A DNA stretch of 64,000 nucleotides, from IMG/VR virus record IMGVR_UViG_3300037502_002379, positions 50-64,049 of that record. The stretch is one strand, 5' to 3'. Position 1 is the first letter of the stretch, and every line of letters starts with the position of its first letter. The DNA is from a virus (taxonomy: Duplodnaviria; Caudoviricetes). The position numbers and the translations under genes were made by a program. Under the pieces are notes generated by a model that had not been told where the DNA came from, searched no databases, and was given only the letters and a program-made list of their open reading frames with translations. Shown here in pieces: positions 47,224 through 56,268 of the stretch.

Positions 47224-48603
47224 TTATCCGTTCAGAACGAAAAACTTATTGAGCGCCTTGAAACGAATACCTGTTCTTGTCAGATAGTTTACGTTCAAGT
47301 TGTCAATTTGGTCGGTAGGTACGGGAGCGTTTGCACCTGTCTTCCAAATCTTCATTTCTGTTCCTGCTCCACCTTGTCCGATAACATCCAAGTATGTCAA
47401 TTCCACATACCCTTTGATACCGCTTTGTCCTGTTCCTGCAAGTGGGTCAAGTGGCATGATAACACCCAAGTTAGGAGTAGTAAAGCCTGCTGCACCGTAG
47501 GTTTCAGGGTCGTTCAATTCCTGTATCTTAGCCAAGTGGAAGAAGTAGTTACCTTTAGAAAATCCGCGCACGTTGTAGTTTGCGAAGATGCTATCAGTAC
47601 GAACCGCTTGCTCGTTTACAACAGGGTTAGATACGCCTGTAAGTGTCTTAGAGAACACAATAGGGTTTTGAGTAAATGTGTTTACCACACCGTTCTCAAT
47701 ATCTTGGTACAAGCTACCACCTGCTACGATTAGGTTGTTCAAGCATCCTACTTCTGCATCGAACACACGAACGATGTAGTCCATATCGGGAATACCGAAA
47801 GAACCCGGAGTTGTAGTTGTGCTGTTACCGTTTGCCAATACCGCAGGAACCATACCGAATACGTTTTGCTCGCCAGGCTCTGTCAATGCGTTTGCGTTGG
47901 TTACAACTTGGTCGAACATCAAACCACCACCAATCATACGCTGAATACGCATTTCTTCTTCAATCTGTGGCATGATAGCGAATACTCCACCCGGAATAGG
48001 CTGTCCACCGTATTGAGTTGTCCACGCATCTACGCTCAAAGCTGTACCTGTTGCGGTTGCAGTGCCTTTGATGATTTTGTTGTAGTATTGGTACAACTCA
48101 GGTTGAGTAAAGGTGCTTTGTGGCTGACCTGTACCTTCACCGCTTCTACGAGAGAAGTTGATAATTGGTGTACCTGCTGCAATGTTGTTGAACGGTACGT
48201 TATCTGCTTCGATTGTAAGAACGGGTGCAGAAGGAATAGACACGTCAATTGCTGTAATCTTACCGCGAACCTTGTCGGTTGTCATCACCTGCATACCAAC
48301 TTGTGGGTAGAAAGTGTTGTCCGAATTAACATCGGCTACGGAAAGGGTTACTGAAATGCTCAAACCGCCTGTTACGTTAGTACGAGGGCTGAATGATTTG
48401 ATAATACGAGGCTGCTCATTGGTGAAGTTGGTGATTTGTGTTACACGCTGCTTCATACCCAAAAGTTGCAATAATGAATACAAGGTCAAACCGTTGTATT
48501 TATACTTCTGAACGTACAGATTTTGCACGTCAGGTTTCAACAAGTAGTTGAAGGTTGATAAGAGTACCTCACTCGCGGGTGCGGTAAATGATGTAGTTGC
48601 CAT
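47224..48603 (-). CDS. major capsid protein
   Basis: 459 aa; follows portal and scaffold; high-expression codon bias; EGT.QP motif; terminator downstream. Confidence 0.8.
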   Translation of the reverse strand: MATTSFTAPASEVLLSTFNYLLKPDVQNLYVQKYKYNGLTLYSLLQLLGMKQRVTQITNFTNEQPRIIKSFSPRTNVTGGLSISVTLSVADVNSDNTFYPQVGMQVMTTDKVRGKITAIDVSIPSAPVLTIEADNVPFNNIAAGTPIINFSRRSGEGTGQPQSTFTQPELYQYYNKIIKGTATATGTALSVDAWTTQYGGQPIPGGVFAIMPQIEEEMRIQRMIGGGLMFDQVVTNANALTEPGEQNVFGMVPAVLANGNSTTTTPGSFGIPDMDYIVRVFDAEVGCLNNLIVAGGSLYQDIENGVVNTFTQNPIVFSKTLTGVSNPVVNEQAVRTDSIFANYNVRGFSKGNYFFHLAKIQELNDPETYGAAGFTTPNLGVIMPLDPLAGTGQSGIKGYVELTYLDVIGQGGAGTEMKIWKTGANAPVPTDQIDNLNVNYLTRTGIRFKALNKFFVLNG

Positions 48604-48635
48604 TTGTTGACTGTTTTGTTTGTTTTAAAATTGGT

Positions 48636-49733
48636 TTAAAGAATACCCATCTGTTGCGCAATCTTCACTTCTATTTCTTGCGCTGTCAATGGTTTTTGCT
48701 GTGTTACAGCACCGCCTTTCGGGTCGGCATTGTGATAATCTTGTACTTCCTTCTTAATCTGATTACTTTGCAGTTGTGTGGCAACATGATTTATAATGTG
48801 CTGAAAGTTATTCACCTTATACAAGGCTGCCGCTATCTCATGCACATTTTGCTCATTTGGCTCAAAACCTCCGTTAATCATCGCTGCTGCGACATCTGCC
48901 TTAATTTGCTCTACCGCCTTAGTATCTACCACGAAATCCGCGACATCTACTTTGTCAGTTTTAAGGCTGATGGTCTTGAAGTTTTTAAGACTATCGTTTG
49001 TTAATTGATTGTATTTTGCTACCGTCTTTTCCCTGTCAATGCTTGCTAAATCAGCTTGTGCTTTAGCAGGGTTGGTTGATAGCGTCTTGGTTTTTAGGTC
49101 AAGAATATTCTTTTTGGCTTCGAGGCTGTCAATTGTTAATTGCGCCTCACCTGCCAATCTTTCATCGTCCGTTGCAAGTTCGCTTAATCCGTAACGCTTG
49201 TTGATAAGCGCCTCGATTTGAGTGTCTGATAGCGAAGGGTATTTCAGTTTAAGGTCAAATGAAACAAGTTCCTTTGGTTGAAGCTGTGTTTCATCCAAAG
49301 CCATAAACTCGGCAATCTTACCCAACACTTTAGGTTGTTCTGCTGCCGATACACCTTCGAGCAAACTGTCCAATGTTTCCGCAACCGATGTTTTGTATTT
49401 CGGCTGTGATTTTATTTGATTCAGTTCGTTTTGCAGTTGCTCAAACGCTGTAAATCTTTCTTTGATAGTCTGAACGTCTTTCGTTCCAAACTCTTTTTCA
49501 ATGAACGCTGTGTAGTCAATTTGCGGTTCGGCTTGTGGCGCTGCCGCAGGTTGTTCTACTGCCGCAGGTGTTTCTACCGTTGGCGTTGTTGGTTGTTCAA
49601 CTGTTGGCGCAGGCGGTGCTTGTTGCTGTTCGGGGATTAATCCGTGTTGCTTTAAAGCCTCTGTCATCATTTGTTGTTCCAATGATGGTGTTGGCGCAGC
49701 TTGCGTTTCTGTTGTAGTTAATTGGTCTGACAT
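48636..49733 (-). CDS. putative capsid scaffolding protein
   Basis: P/Q/T/E-rich N-terminus and helical body; between portal and capsid; likely ATG at 49733. Confidence 0.65.
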   Translation of the reverse strand: MSDQLTTTETQAAPTPSLEQQMMTEALKQHGLIPEQQQAPPAPTVEQPTTPTVETPAAVEQPAAAPQAEPQIDYTAFIEKEFGTKDVQTIKERFTAFEQLQNELNQIKSQPKYKTSVAETLDSLLEGVSAAEQPKVLGKIAEFMALDETQLQPKELVSFDLKLKYPSLSDTQIEALINKRYGLSELATDDERLAGEAQLTIDSLEAKKNILDLKTKTLSTNPAKAQADLASIDREKTVAKYNQLTNDSLKNFKTISLKTDKVDVADFVVDTKAVEQIKADVAAAMINGGFEPNEQNVHEIAAALYKVNNFQHIINHVATQLQSNQIKKEVQDYHNADPKGGAVTQQKPLTAQEIEVKIAQQMGIL

Positions 49734-49828
49734 TGTTAATATTTGTTGCAAAGAAAGTTAATATTCTACAAAGTGCAAAAATATCTTAAAAAAATCTTGC
49801 AAGCGTTATTGTGTAGTATGTTTGCGGA

Positions 49829-49999
49829 ATGAAATCTAACCTGCGCCAATGTATAGCAATAGATAGCGGTGTGCCGTATCTATTCCATACATGGATTAGA
49901 AAAACTAATTCAAACGGAGAAATACTTGTAGCCGTTGTAGAAGATACTTTCGGCTTGCTGCATGAAGTAATTTCGAGTAATCTAAAATTTATAGACTAG
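49829..49999 (+). CDS. 56-aa hypothetical protein with its own promoter
   Basis: MKSNLRQCIAIDSGVPYLFHTW...NLKFID*; TATGTTTG at 49817-49824. Confidence 0.55.
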   Translation: MKSNLRQCIAIDSGVPYLFHTWIRKTNSNGEILVAVVEDTFGLLHEVISSNLKFID

Positions 50000-52284
50000 C
50001 CACCGTAAATAGCTTTAACCTGCGCTTCGGTAGCCTTTTCGTCTTTCTTCAATTCAGACTTAACCGCACTTTGCTCAATCTTAGACGCGCCCGTTGCTTG
50101 CATCTTGCGTATATCTTCGTTGGTCTTGTGCGTGTATAATGCCATTTCGCGCTCCATTGACTTATTAGCCATTTCATCGGCAAGCATTAACTCTTGCTGT
50201 TTCGCTTGTGCTTGCGCTTCTGCTTGTGCAACACCAATACGCTCCGCATCGGCTGCCTTTTGTCGTCTGCGCTTATTCACAACCATCGTTACATATTGCT
50301 GCGTAAACTTGATACTTTGGCTTGTTTCGATAATGTTCTTCAAGAAAAAGAAATCATCGGGGTCAAGCGGTGAACTTGGTTCTTTGGTAACATCAATCAG
50401 ATAATTCAACAAAAACTCTTTCTCTTGCTGCAATGGCTGCCTTACTACCTTTATGCCCAATTGCGTCAAACTAAAGTCATTCTCAAACTCTATCCACTTG
50501 CCTATCTTTTGGTTGTACAGTTTTTGCAGCCCGTACATCGTAGCCCGTTGCAACTTACCTGCTATATCAATAACGGTCTTTTCATGCAGCCATATCATTC
50601 CGTCAATAATATCGCTAAACCCGTTTAATGCGCTTTCTGTGCTTAGTTTTGCTACCGTTGCGGCTGTGCTTGCCATAGGTGTTGTGGCATCCATAAACTC
50701 ATTAACACCAATAACAGCATTTACTAATTGAATGTTGTTCTGTATATCTTTCATATACTGTTCAGCCTCAATACCCCATCCGCTTTCTCTCGATTCGATT
50801 GGCTTGCCACCGCCTTCGGGTATCATGCTATCTTCGCTACGATATAAAAACAAGCCAGTCTGTACCGCCAAATTCAATATCTGTTTAACGGTCATTTCCT
50901 TGTTATCCACAACCAATTTTTCGATAGCGGACAAATCAACCGTAATGCCACTAGGAATAGCCCTTGCTTTTCTGTCTTGTAGCTTGTACCATGAAATGCT
51001 AATTGCATCAATAAAAGGAATAGCGCGTTCTGTACGACCTTGCTCCGATACCTTGTAGATAGACAATGGCAACATACATTCGCGCTTGTTTAATTGGTCG
51101 CGGCTGAATGAATTTACTTTGCCGTAGTTATACACATAGTCAGTACCGATTATCCACGAACATTCGTGTACGGTCTGTTTGTACATATCGCCCGATTCTA
51201 CAATTATCTTGCGTCCGTCCTTTGTTATCTTTTCTTCTCTGCCTTTAGCCTTTTCGTACCCGCTTTTGTAATACGTTTCCGCACCGTTTTTGGTTACTTT
51301 TTTGTATCGTACAACATCGGTGCTAAACCAATACATCCTAACACGATACACGTTATATCCTTTCCATGAAGAATAGTTATTGCCGTATAGTGAGTTGTAT
51401 TGCTGAAACTGCGGATTGCCTAATGTTTGGTCGTAACGCTTGGCTATCTCTTTGTATTGGTCTGGTGTAAATTGGTCGCCTGCTTCTCTGTACACATCAT
51501 ACACACTCATAGGTTCACATACCCCTGCTATCCATACCTTTTCGCCCGTCTTGCCCGTATAATTCGGCAATATGACATTAGTCATGTTATATGACTTAAC
51601 TTCTATTGCTTGGCTGTAATTGTTGATTCGCTTTTCAATACAAGCCATACCGTTGTCAAAGAAATTCTCCAACATTATACGTCTTACCACATCCCACTCG
51701 TTTTCGGATAATACCGCTTCCGTTCCTACTTCGGCTTGTATTTCTTCTTTCAGCTTTAAATAAAGATTGGCTAATAGTTCGTATTCTGGCAATTCATCGG
51801 GAACCCATGATAGGTCTTGTTGCGCTTCCAATGGCATATTGGTAACGCCCATCATATCCATAAACTTCTTAGCTTCTGACAGCATTTCTTTTTCTGCCCA
51901 CATATCCCATTTAAGTTGCTCCTTTTTAGCAACAGCATCGGGGTTTATGGCAGCGCATTGTACGCTGAAATCAACTTTGCTTAGGTACCCTATGACTATA
52001 TCACGAACCTTTGGCAGAATAGATACTTGCCGCCAATTTATGTCCATGTAGTTTTCCTCCGCGTTTTGGCATAGTGCTTTTATATACCTTTCGATAGGCT
52101 GTTTGCCTTGCGCGTACAGTTCATTCAATATCCATTGATTGTACTTGCCGTTGTAATAGGCGTTGTTGTACATAGCGTAGTACCCCGCTTGCACATATTG
52201 TCTATGCCACTTTTCATCCTTCTCGTCAGGATTGATAAAATCATCGGGAAATAGTACGAGATTGGGTACTCCGAAAATAAACAT
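49996..52284 (-). CDS. portal protein
   Basis: 762 aa; YAQGKQ....Y and ILPK..DIV.G motifs; C-terminal coiled coil; crAss-like gene order. Confidence 0.85.
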   Translation of the reverse strand: MFIFGVPNLVLFPDDFINPDEKDEKWHRQYVQAGYYAMYNNAYYNGKYNQWILNELYAQGKQPIERYIKALCQNAEENYMDINWRQVSILPKVRDIVIGYLSKVDFSVQCAAINPDAVAKKEQLKWDMWAEKEMLSEAKKFMDMMGVTNMPLEAQQDLSWVPDELPEYELLANLYLKLKEEIQAEVGTEAVLSENEWDVVRRIMLENFFDNGMACIEKRINNYSQAIEVKSYNMTNVILPNYTGKTGEKVWIAGVCEPMSVYDVYREAGDQFTPDQYKEIAKRYDQTLGNPQFQQYNSLYGNNYSSWKGYNVYRVRMYWFSTDVVRYKKVTKNGAETYYKSGYEKAKGREEKITKDGRKIIVESGDMYKQTVHECSWIIGTDYVYNYGKVNSFSRDQLNKRECMLPLSIYKVSEQGRTERAIPFIDAISISWYKLQDRKARAIPSGITVDLSAIEKLVVDNKEMTVKQILNLAVQTGLFLYRSEDSMIPEGGGKPIESRESGWGIEAEQYMKDIQNNIQLVNAVIGVNEFMDATTPMASTAATVAKLSTESALNGFSDIIDGMIWLHEKTVIDIAGKLQRATMYGLQKLYNQKIGKWIEFENDFSLTQLGIKVVRQPLQQEKEFLLNYLIDVTKEPSSPLDPDDFFFLKNIIETSQSIKFTQQYVTMVVNKRRRQKAADAERIGVAQAEAQAQAKQQELMLADEMANKSMEREMALYTHKTNEDIRKMQATGASKIEQSAVKSELKKDEKATEAQVKAIYGG

Positions 52285-52327
52285 TCATGCTATTTTGCGC
52301 AAATGTAATACTTTTTGCAAAAGAATG

Positions 52328-53407
52328 TTAATCTGCTAAAAGTGAAATGTGTTCTTGCCAATATTGTCGAGGTCTTATATTTATCAAATATAAGTTTGTA
52401 GCCTTTTTACAACATGCAACATAGTCTTTTGTTAAAGTGGTATGCTTATGCAGTCTATCTACATACTCCCCTCTTACACTTAGCCTATGCTTGTACACTC
52501 TATTTGTAGCCTTAACGGGTAGTTGACCATGAATAACCACATTGAACTCATACGGCTCATGCTCGAATACAATCTCGAAATCTTGGTCGGTTTGGTGGCG
52601 TAACTGATTTACGTCAAATCCTTCGGGTACGATAAAAGTAATAAACGGGCGTGTGCATACGTCAAAATCATGTCGCCATATTGTACGCGGCTCTGTCCAA
52701 CTTGAACCCGATAGGTGCGTAACGTAATCGGCTACATTAAACCCGTCAACCTTATAACCTAAATCTTGCGCTGCCATCATAGACAACACACAAGGCGAAC
52801 CGTCATTGCAGAATATCGCAGGGTGGTAATGTCCGTTTACCAACTTAACTTGTACGTTCTGCAACTGCAAGTATATGTCGCGGTTGTAAAACGAGAATGA
52901 AGGGTGCGCGTATGGCAATACATCGGTTTCATCCAATGGTGCGCCATTTGCATAGTTTTTTCTTGAAGTCAGCATCAGCGTTCCATAGCCGAACATATCG
53001 TCTGTTAATTGTGATATGGCTTGTTCTAAAAACCCACCGCGCTCAATGATAACATCGCTATCCATTGCCAACACCCACTTTGTCGTAATGTGTTCGGTTA
53101 TGGCTTTGTGCATGGTTATACCATGACTTGTTTTGCCGCCACTTGGGTTAGGTTTTGTCCACACACACAAGTTGCTGTGCTTGGTCTGCATAAACGCCAA
53201 ATACTCCGAACTATCGTCTTGGCTATCACCGTCCACAACCAATACGGGAATGTCGGGGTAAAATCGAAACAGACTTTCAAGGCACAATTGAATAAGGTCT
53301 TTTGTTTTACGTTGGCATATTAGCACCGTTACGTTCTTTTTCGCCCATTCTTCTTTGTGCTTTTGCGTGTTAATTCCGTATGGTCTGTCTAATTGTGTTT
53401 CAATCAT
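52328..53407 (-). CDS. glycosyltransferase, family 2-like
   Basis: VLVVDGDSQDDS and MDSD (DxD) motifs. Confidence 0.8.
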   Translation of the reverse strand: MIETQLDRPYGINTQKHKEEWAKKNVTVLICQRKTKDLIQLCLESLFRFYPDIPVLVVDGDSQDDSSEYLAFMQTKHSNLCVWTKPNPSGGKTSHGITMHKAITEHITTKWVLAMDSDVIIERGGFLEQAISQLTDDMFGYGTLMLTSRKNYANGAPLDETDVLPYAHPSFSFYNRDIYLQLQNVQVKLVNGHYHPAIFCNDGSPCVLSMMAAQDLGYKVDGFNVADYVTHLSGSSWTEPRTIWRHDFDVCTRPFITFIVPEGFDVNQLRHQTDQDFEIVFEHEPYEFNVVIHGQLPVKATNRVYKHRLSVRGEYVDRLHKHTTLTKDYVACCKKATNLYLINIRPRQYWQEHISLLAD

Positions 53408-53450
53408 GGTTTATGTTGTTGATTATCAATATACATTCGCAAAGTATCAT

Positions 53451-54317
53451 GTTATACGCAAGGGCTACATTCCGTCTCCGTTTGACAATTTCGTGTTCAA
53501 AAAAAAACAAAAAATTTCCCCACGCTTCTAAAATAATGTAGTTTGCATTTGTTCATTCTCTAATCGTTTTAATCCTGCCAAATAATATTCCTCTACTAAT
53601 TCACACCCAACAAGGCTAAACTTCTCCCTATGGCAAGCAATCGCAATCGAAGCACTTCCCAAGTGAGTATCTAAAATCAAATCGCCTTCCTTTGCATAGT
53701 TTTGTAATATCCATTGGTATAGTTGTATTGGCTTTTCTGTCGGGTGTATGCGTTCTTGCTTGTTGCCCATATTTTGCTGTATAAATCCGTGCCAAGTCCA
53801 TTTAAAAGTCCTTACAGCAGTATCAAAAGAAGTCCAAGCAAGTTCAGCATCAGCAAAATATCCGCCTACTTTGTTTTTATCCCAAACAAGCCAACAACTA
53901 CTATTTTTATTTATCCGTTCAATAAAGTGGTTTGCCCCCCAAATGATTTGATTTTTAGATACTCTCATTAGTTCGTCAAAATAAGCCTTGTCAGGTGCTT
54001 TTTTATCCCAATCGTATTTAGTGTATTGCTTTGCCTTTCCTGCTCCGTCAATACCTATTTTACCGCCATCCATATCAATTCCGTATGGTGGGTCAACTAT
54101 TGCTAAATCAAAATGTTTGTCAGGGTATTTAGCCATAAGTTCCATATTGTCGCAATTAAATAATTCTATTTTCCCTTCGCTCATTTTTTGTTTTTTTTGT
54201 TTGTGCTACTAATTAAGTTCCTACTAAATAACCGCCCCAGCGTATAACACGGGTTTGGCGCAATTTTCCCAACGCACAAGCCGACACACAACTGCGCCAA
54301 GCCCGAAAACGTTATCT
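53451..54317. mobile_element. solitary gene cassette with attC-like site (54240-54317)
   Basis: Starts GTTATACGC; ends GCGTATAAC, then CGGGTTTGGCGCA / TGCGCCAAGCCCG stem, then GTTATCT. Confidence 0.85.
53528..54184 (-). CDS. N6-adenine/N4-cytosine DNA methyltransferase, beta class (cassette cargo)
   Basis: DPPY, HPTEKP and DTHLGSAS motifs. Confidence 0.9.
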   Translation of the reverse strand: MSEGKIELFNCDNMELMAKYPDKHFDLAIVDPPYGIDMDGGKIGIDGAGKAKQYTKYDWDKKAPDKAYFDELMRVSKNQIIWGANHFIERINKNSSCWLVWDKNKVGGYFADAELAWTSFDTAVRTFKWTWHGFIQQNMGNKQERIHPTEKPIQLYQWILQNYAKEGDLILDTHLGSASIAIACHREKFSLVGCELVEEYYLAGLKRLENEQMQTTLF

Positions 54318-55223
54318 CATTTCAGTTAAATACCAATCAATCGTTTTTTGCAGCCCTTGTTCAAATGTATGCTTTGACTTCCATCCTAATTCGGTCTGAA
54401 TTTTAATGCTGTCAATCGAGCGCCTGTCAATGTTGTCAATGCTGCGTTTTGCAATATGTTCTTGCGATACAAATTTTTCTAAAAGAGTTTGTAATAAAGC
54501 CACTATATGCACAACGCTTAATTCTTGCATCGCTGATACATTGTATATTCCAATTGCTTTCTTCTCTATTGCTAATACTACGGCATCACACACATCTTCT
54601 ACATAGGTGAAATCGCGTGTTTGTCTGCCACTTCCAATTATTTCAACATCTTCACCAACTACTGCTTTGTGTACCATCTTCCCAATCACTCCGCAATACG
54701 GGTTTGTGTGGCGCTGATTGATACCGTACACATTTGACAAGCGCAATATACAAGTGTTTTTTTCGTTCATAAAAATATGTTCTGCCAACCACTTTGTTTC
54801 TGCATAGATGTTTGTCAGTTTGATTGGCGCTGTTTCGGGTGTGGGTAGAATATCAGCATTGCCGTAAACGCTTGTTGTGCTGATATAAATAACGCGCTTA
54901 CCTGCTTTTATCAACTTACCAAACACATCAACGGTTGAATGATAGTTATTGTCAATCGTTTCTTTTCGGTGAGTTTGAGCGTAGATAATATTGCTTGTGG
55001 CGCAATGAATAATTACATCGCAAGACATCATTTCTTCCAACTGTGTGTTAAAGTTGGCTATCTTCCAATCAACACTAACAAGCAAGTCCAATGACTTTAA
55101 ATTCTCAATAGTGCCGAATGACAAATTATCGCAGCCGTACACACACCAACCTTCGTCAATCATTCGCTTGGCAATGTTTGACCCTACGAAGCCCATAAGA
55201 CCTGTTATATAGCATTTTTTCAT
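54312..55223 (-). CDS. NAD-dependent sugar epimerase/dehydratase
   Basis: ITGLMGFVG, YAETK, NVYG and RDFTYVED motifs. Confidence 0.9.
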   Translation of the reverse strand: MKKCYITGLMGFVGSNIAKRMIDEGWCVYGCDNLSFGTIENLKSLDLLVSVDWKIANFNTQLEEMMSCDVIIHCATSNIIYAQTHRKETIDNNYHSTVDVFGKLIKAGKRVIYISTTSVYGNADILPTPETAPIKLTNIYAETKWLAEHIFMNEKNTCILRLSNVYGINQRHTNPYCGVIGKMVHKAVVGEDVEIIGSGRQTRDFTYVEDVCDAVVLAIEKKAIGIYNVSAMQELSVVHIVALLQTLLEKFVSQEHIAKRSIDNIDRRSIDSIKIQTELGWKSKHTFEQGLQKTIDWYLTEMR

Positions 55224-55990
55224 GGCTTAACCCCTTTTACTTTAATCAAATAATCAGCAAAACTTACTTGCTCTTTTGGCTTTTCAAACACCACATAGTT
55301 TTTCCATTCGCGGTACAAAGTGCTATTTTCGGTGTGTTCCACGTAGAAGTCTTTGAGTATGCACCATCCCCAACGCCCTGCCATTCTCTGATACGAAGCG
55401 TGTTCCAACCATCCGTATATGCTGTTACCTCCATTCGGTACGGGTACACCGCCTATCTCATTCAAAAAGTCCATGTTAAAGCCGCCTTGTGCCCAATTGC
55501 TGCAACCATTAACCGAATACACATCATGTCCGTATTTAACCTTGTGGTGCAGCAAACCACCGTTCTGTGCTAACTTCTCGTGCGCGTCCGTATTCAATGA
55601 CACCCATGCCATTTTAGGCTGCGCTTCAAACACATCTGCAATAGCTTTAACCCATCCTTTTGTTTTTGTGCGTTCATCGGGGTCGGCACAAATAACACAA
55701 CCACTTTCAATTTGGCTGTGCATTATCACTTGATTCCAATTCTGACTAACGCCAATATTGTCAATCTTAACGTACTCCGAACCGAACTTTTTAGCAAGCC
55801 CTTGTAGTAATACGCTGTTTGTTTCTTGCGCTTCTGATACGCTTTTAGGCAATCCGTCAAAAAATATAGGGAAGCCAACATCAGCGATAATGTGCTTATC
55901 AAACTGACCGCCACATTGCTCGTACAAGTCTTGCGTGGCTTTTTCTACTTCCGTAAATAGGTTAAAAGCTAATGTGTGAACTAATATCAT
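55220..55990 (-). CDS. glycosyltransferase-like protein
   Basis: NIGVSQNWN and DPD (DxD) GT-A features. Confidence 0.6.
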   Translation of the reverse strand: MILVHTLAFNLFTEVEKATQDLYEQCGGQFDKHIIADVGFPIFFDGLPKSVSEAQETNSVLLQGLAKKFGSEYVKIDNIGVSQNWNQVIMHSQIESGCVICADPDERTKTKGWVKAIADVFEAQPKMAWVSLNTDAHEKLAQNGGLLHHKVKYGHDVYSVNGCSNWAQGGFNMDFLNEIGGVPVPNGGNSIYGWLEHASYQRMAGRWGWCILKDFYVEHTENSTLYREWKNYVVFEKPKEQVSFADYLIKVKGVKP

Positions 55991-56031
55991 TTATATGTAG
56001 TTGGTTTTAATTTGTATTTGCGAAGTGTCGT

Positions 56032-56268
56032 GTTATGTGGCATTAAGTAAACCATTGAATATAATACCCATCAAAACCTTTTACTATTTTACCACATTTA
56101 ATCCAACCTTCAAAAGGTTCATACTTCCAAGCATACCCGTTTTCTATCTGTATCATTTTTTAAATTTTAACGGCACATAACAATGGTGTTGCATAATAAC
56201 CCCATCAAGTGTCGTGGTTAATTTTAAGTTTATACTAAGAACTACTACACAAAGCCATAAGCCATTAA
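56032..56268. mobile_element. degenerate solitary cassette with a 37-aa ORF and a decayed attC-like site
   Basis: GTTATGTGGCATTAA pairs with TTAACGGCACATAAC; the downstream sequence is homologous to the attC at 13690; the terminal GTT reads ATT. Confidence 0.65.
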
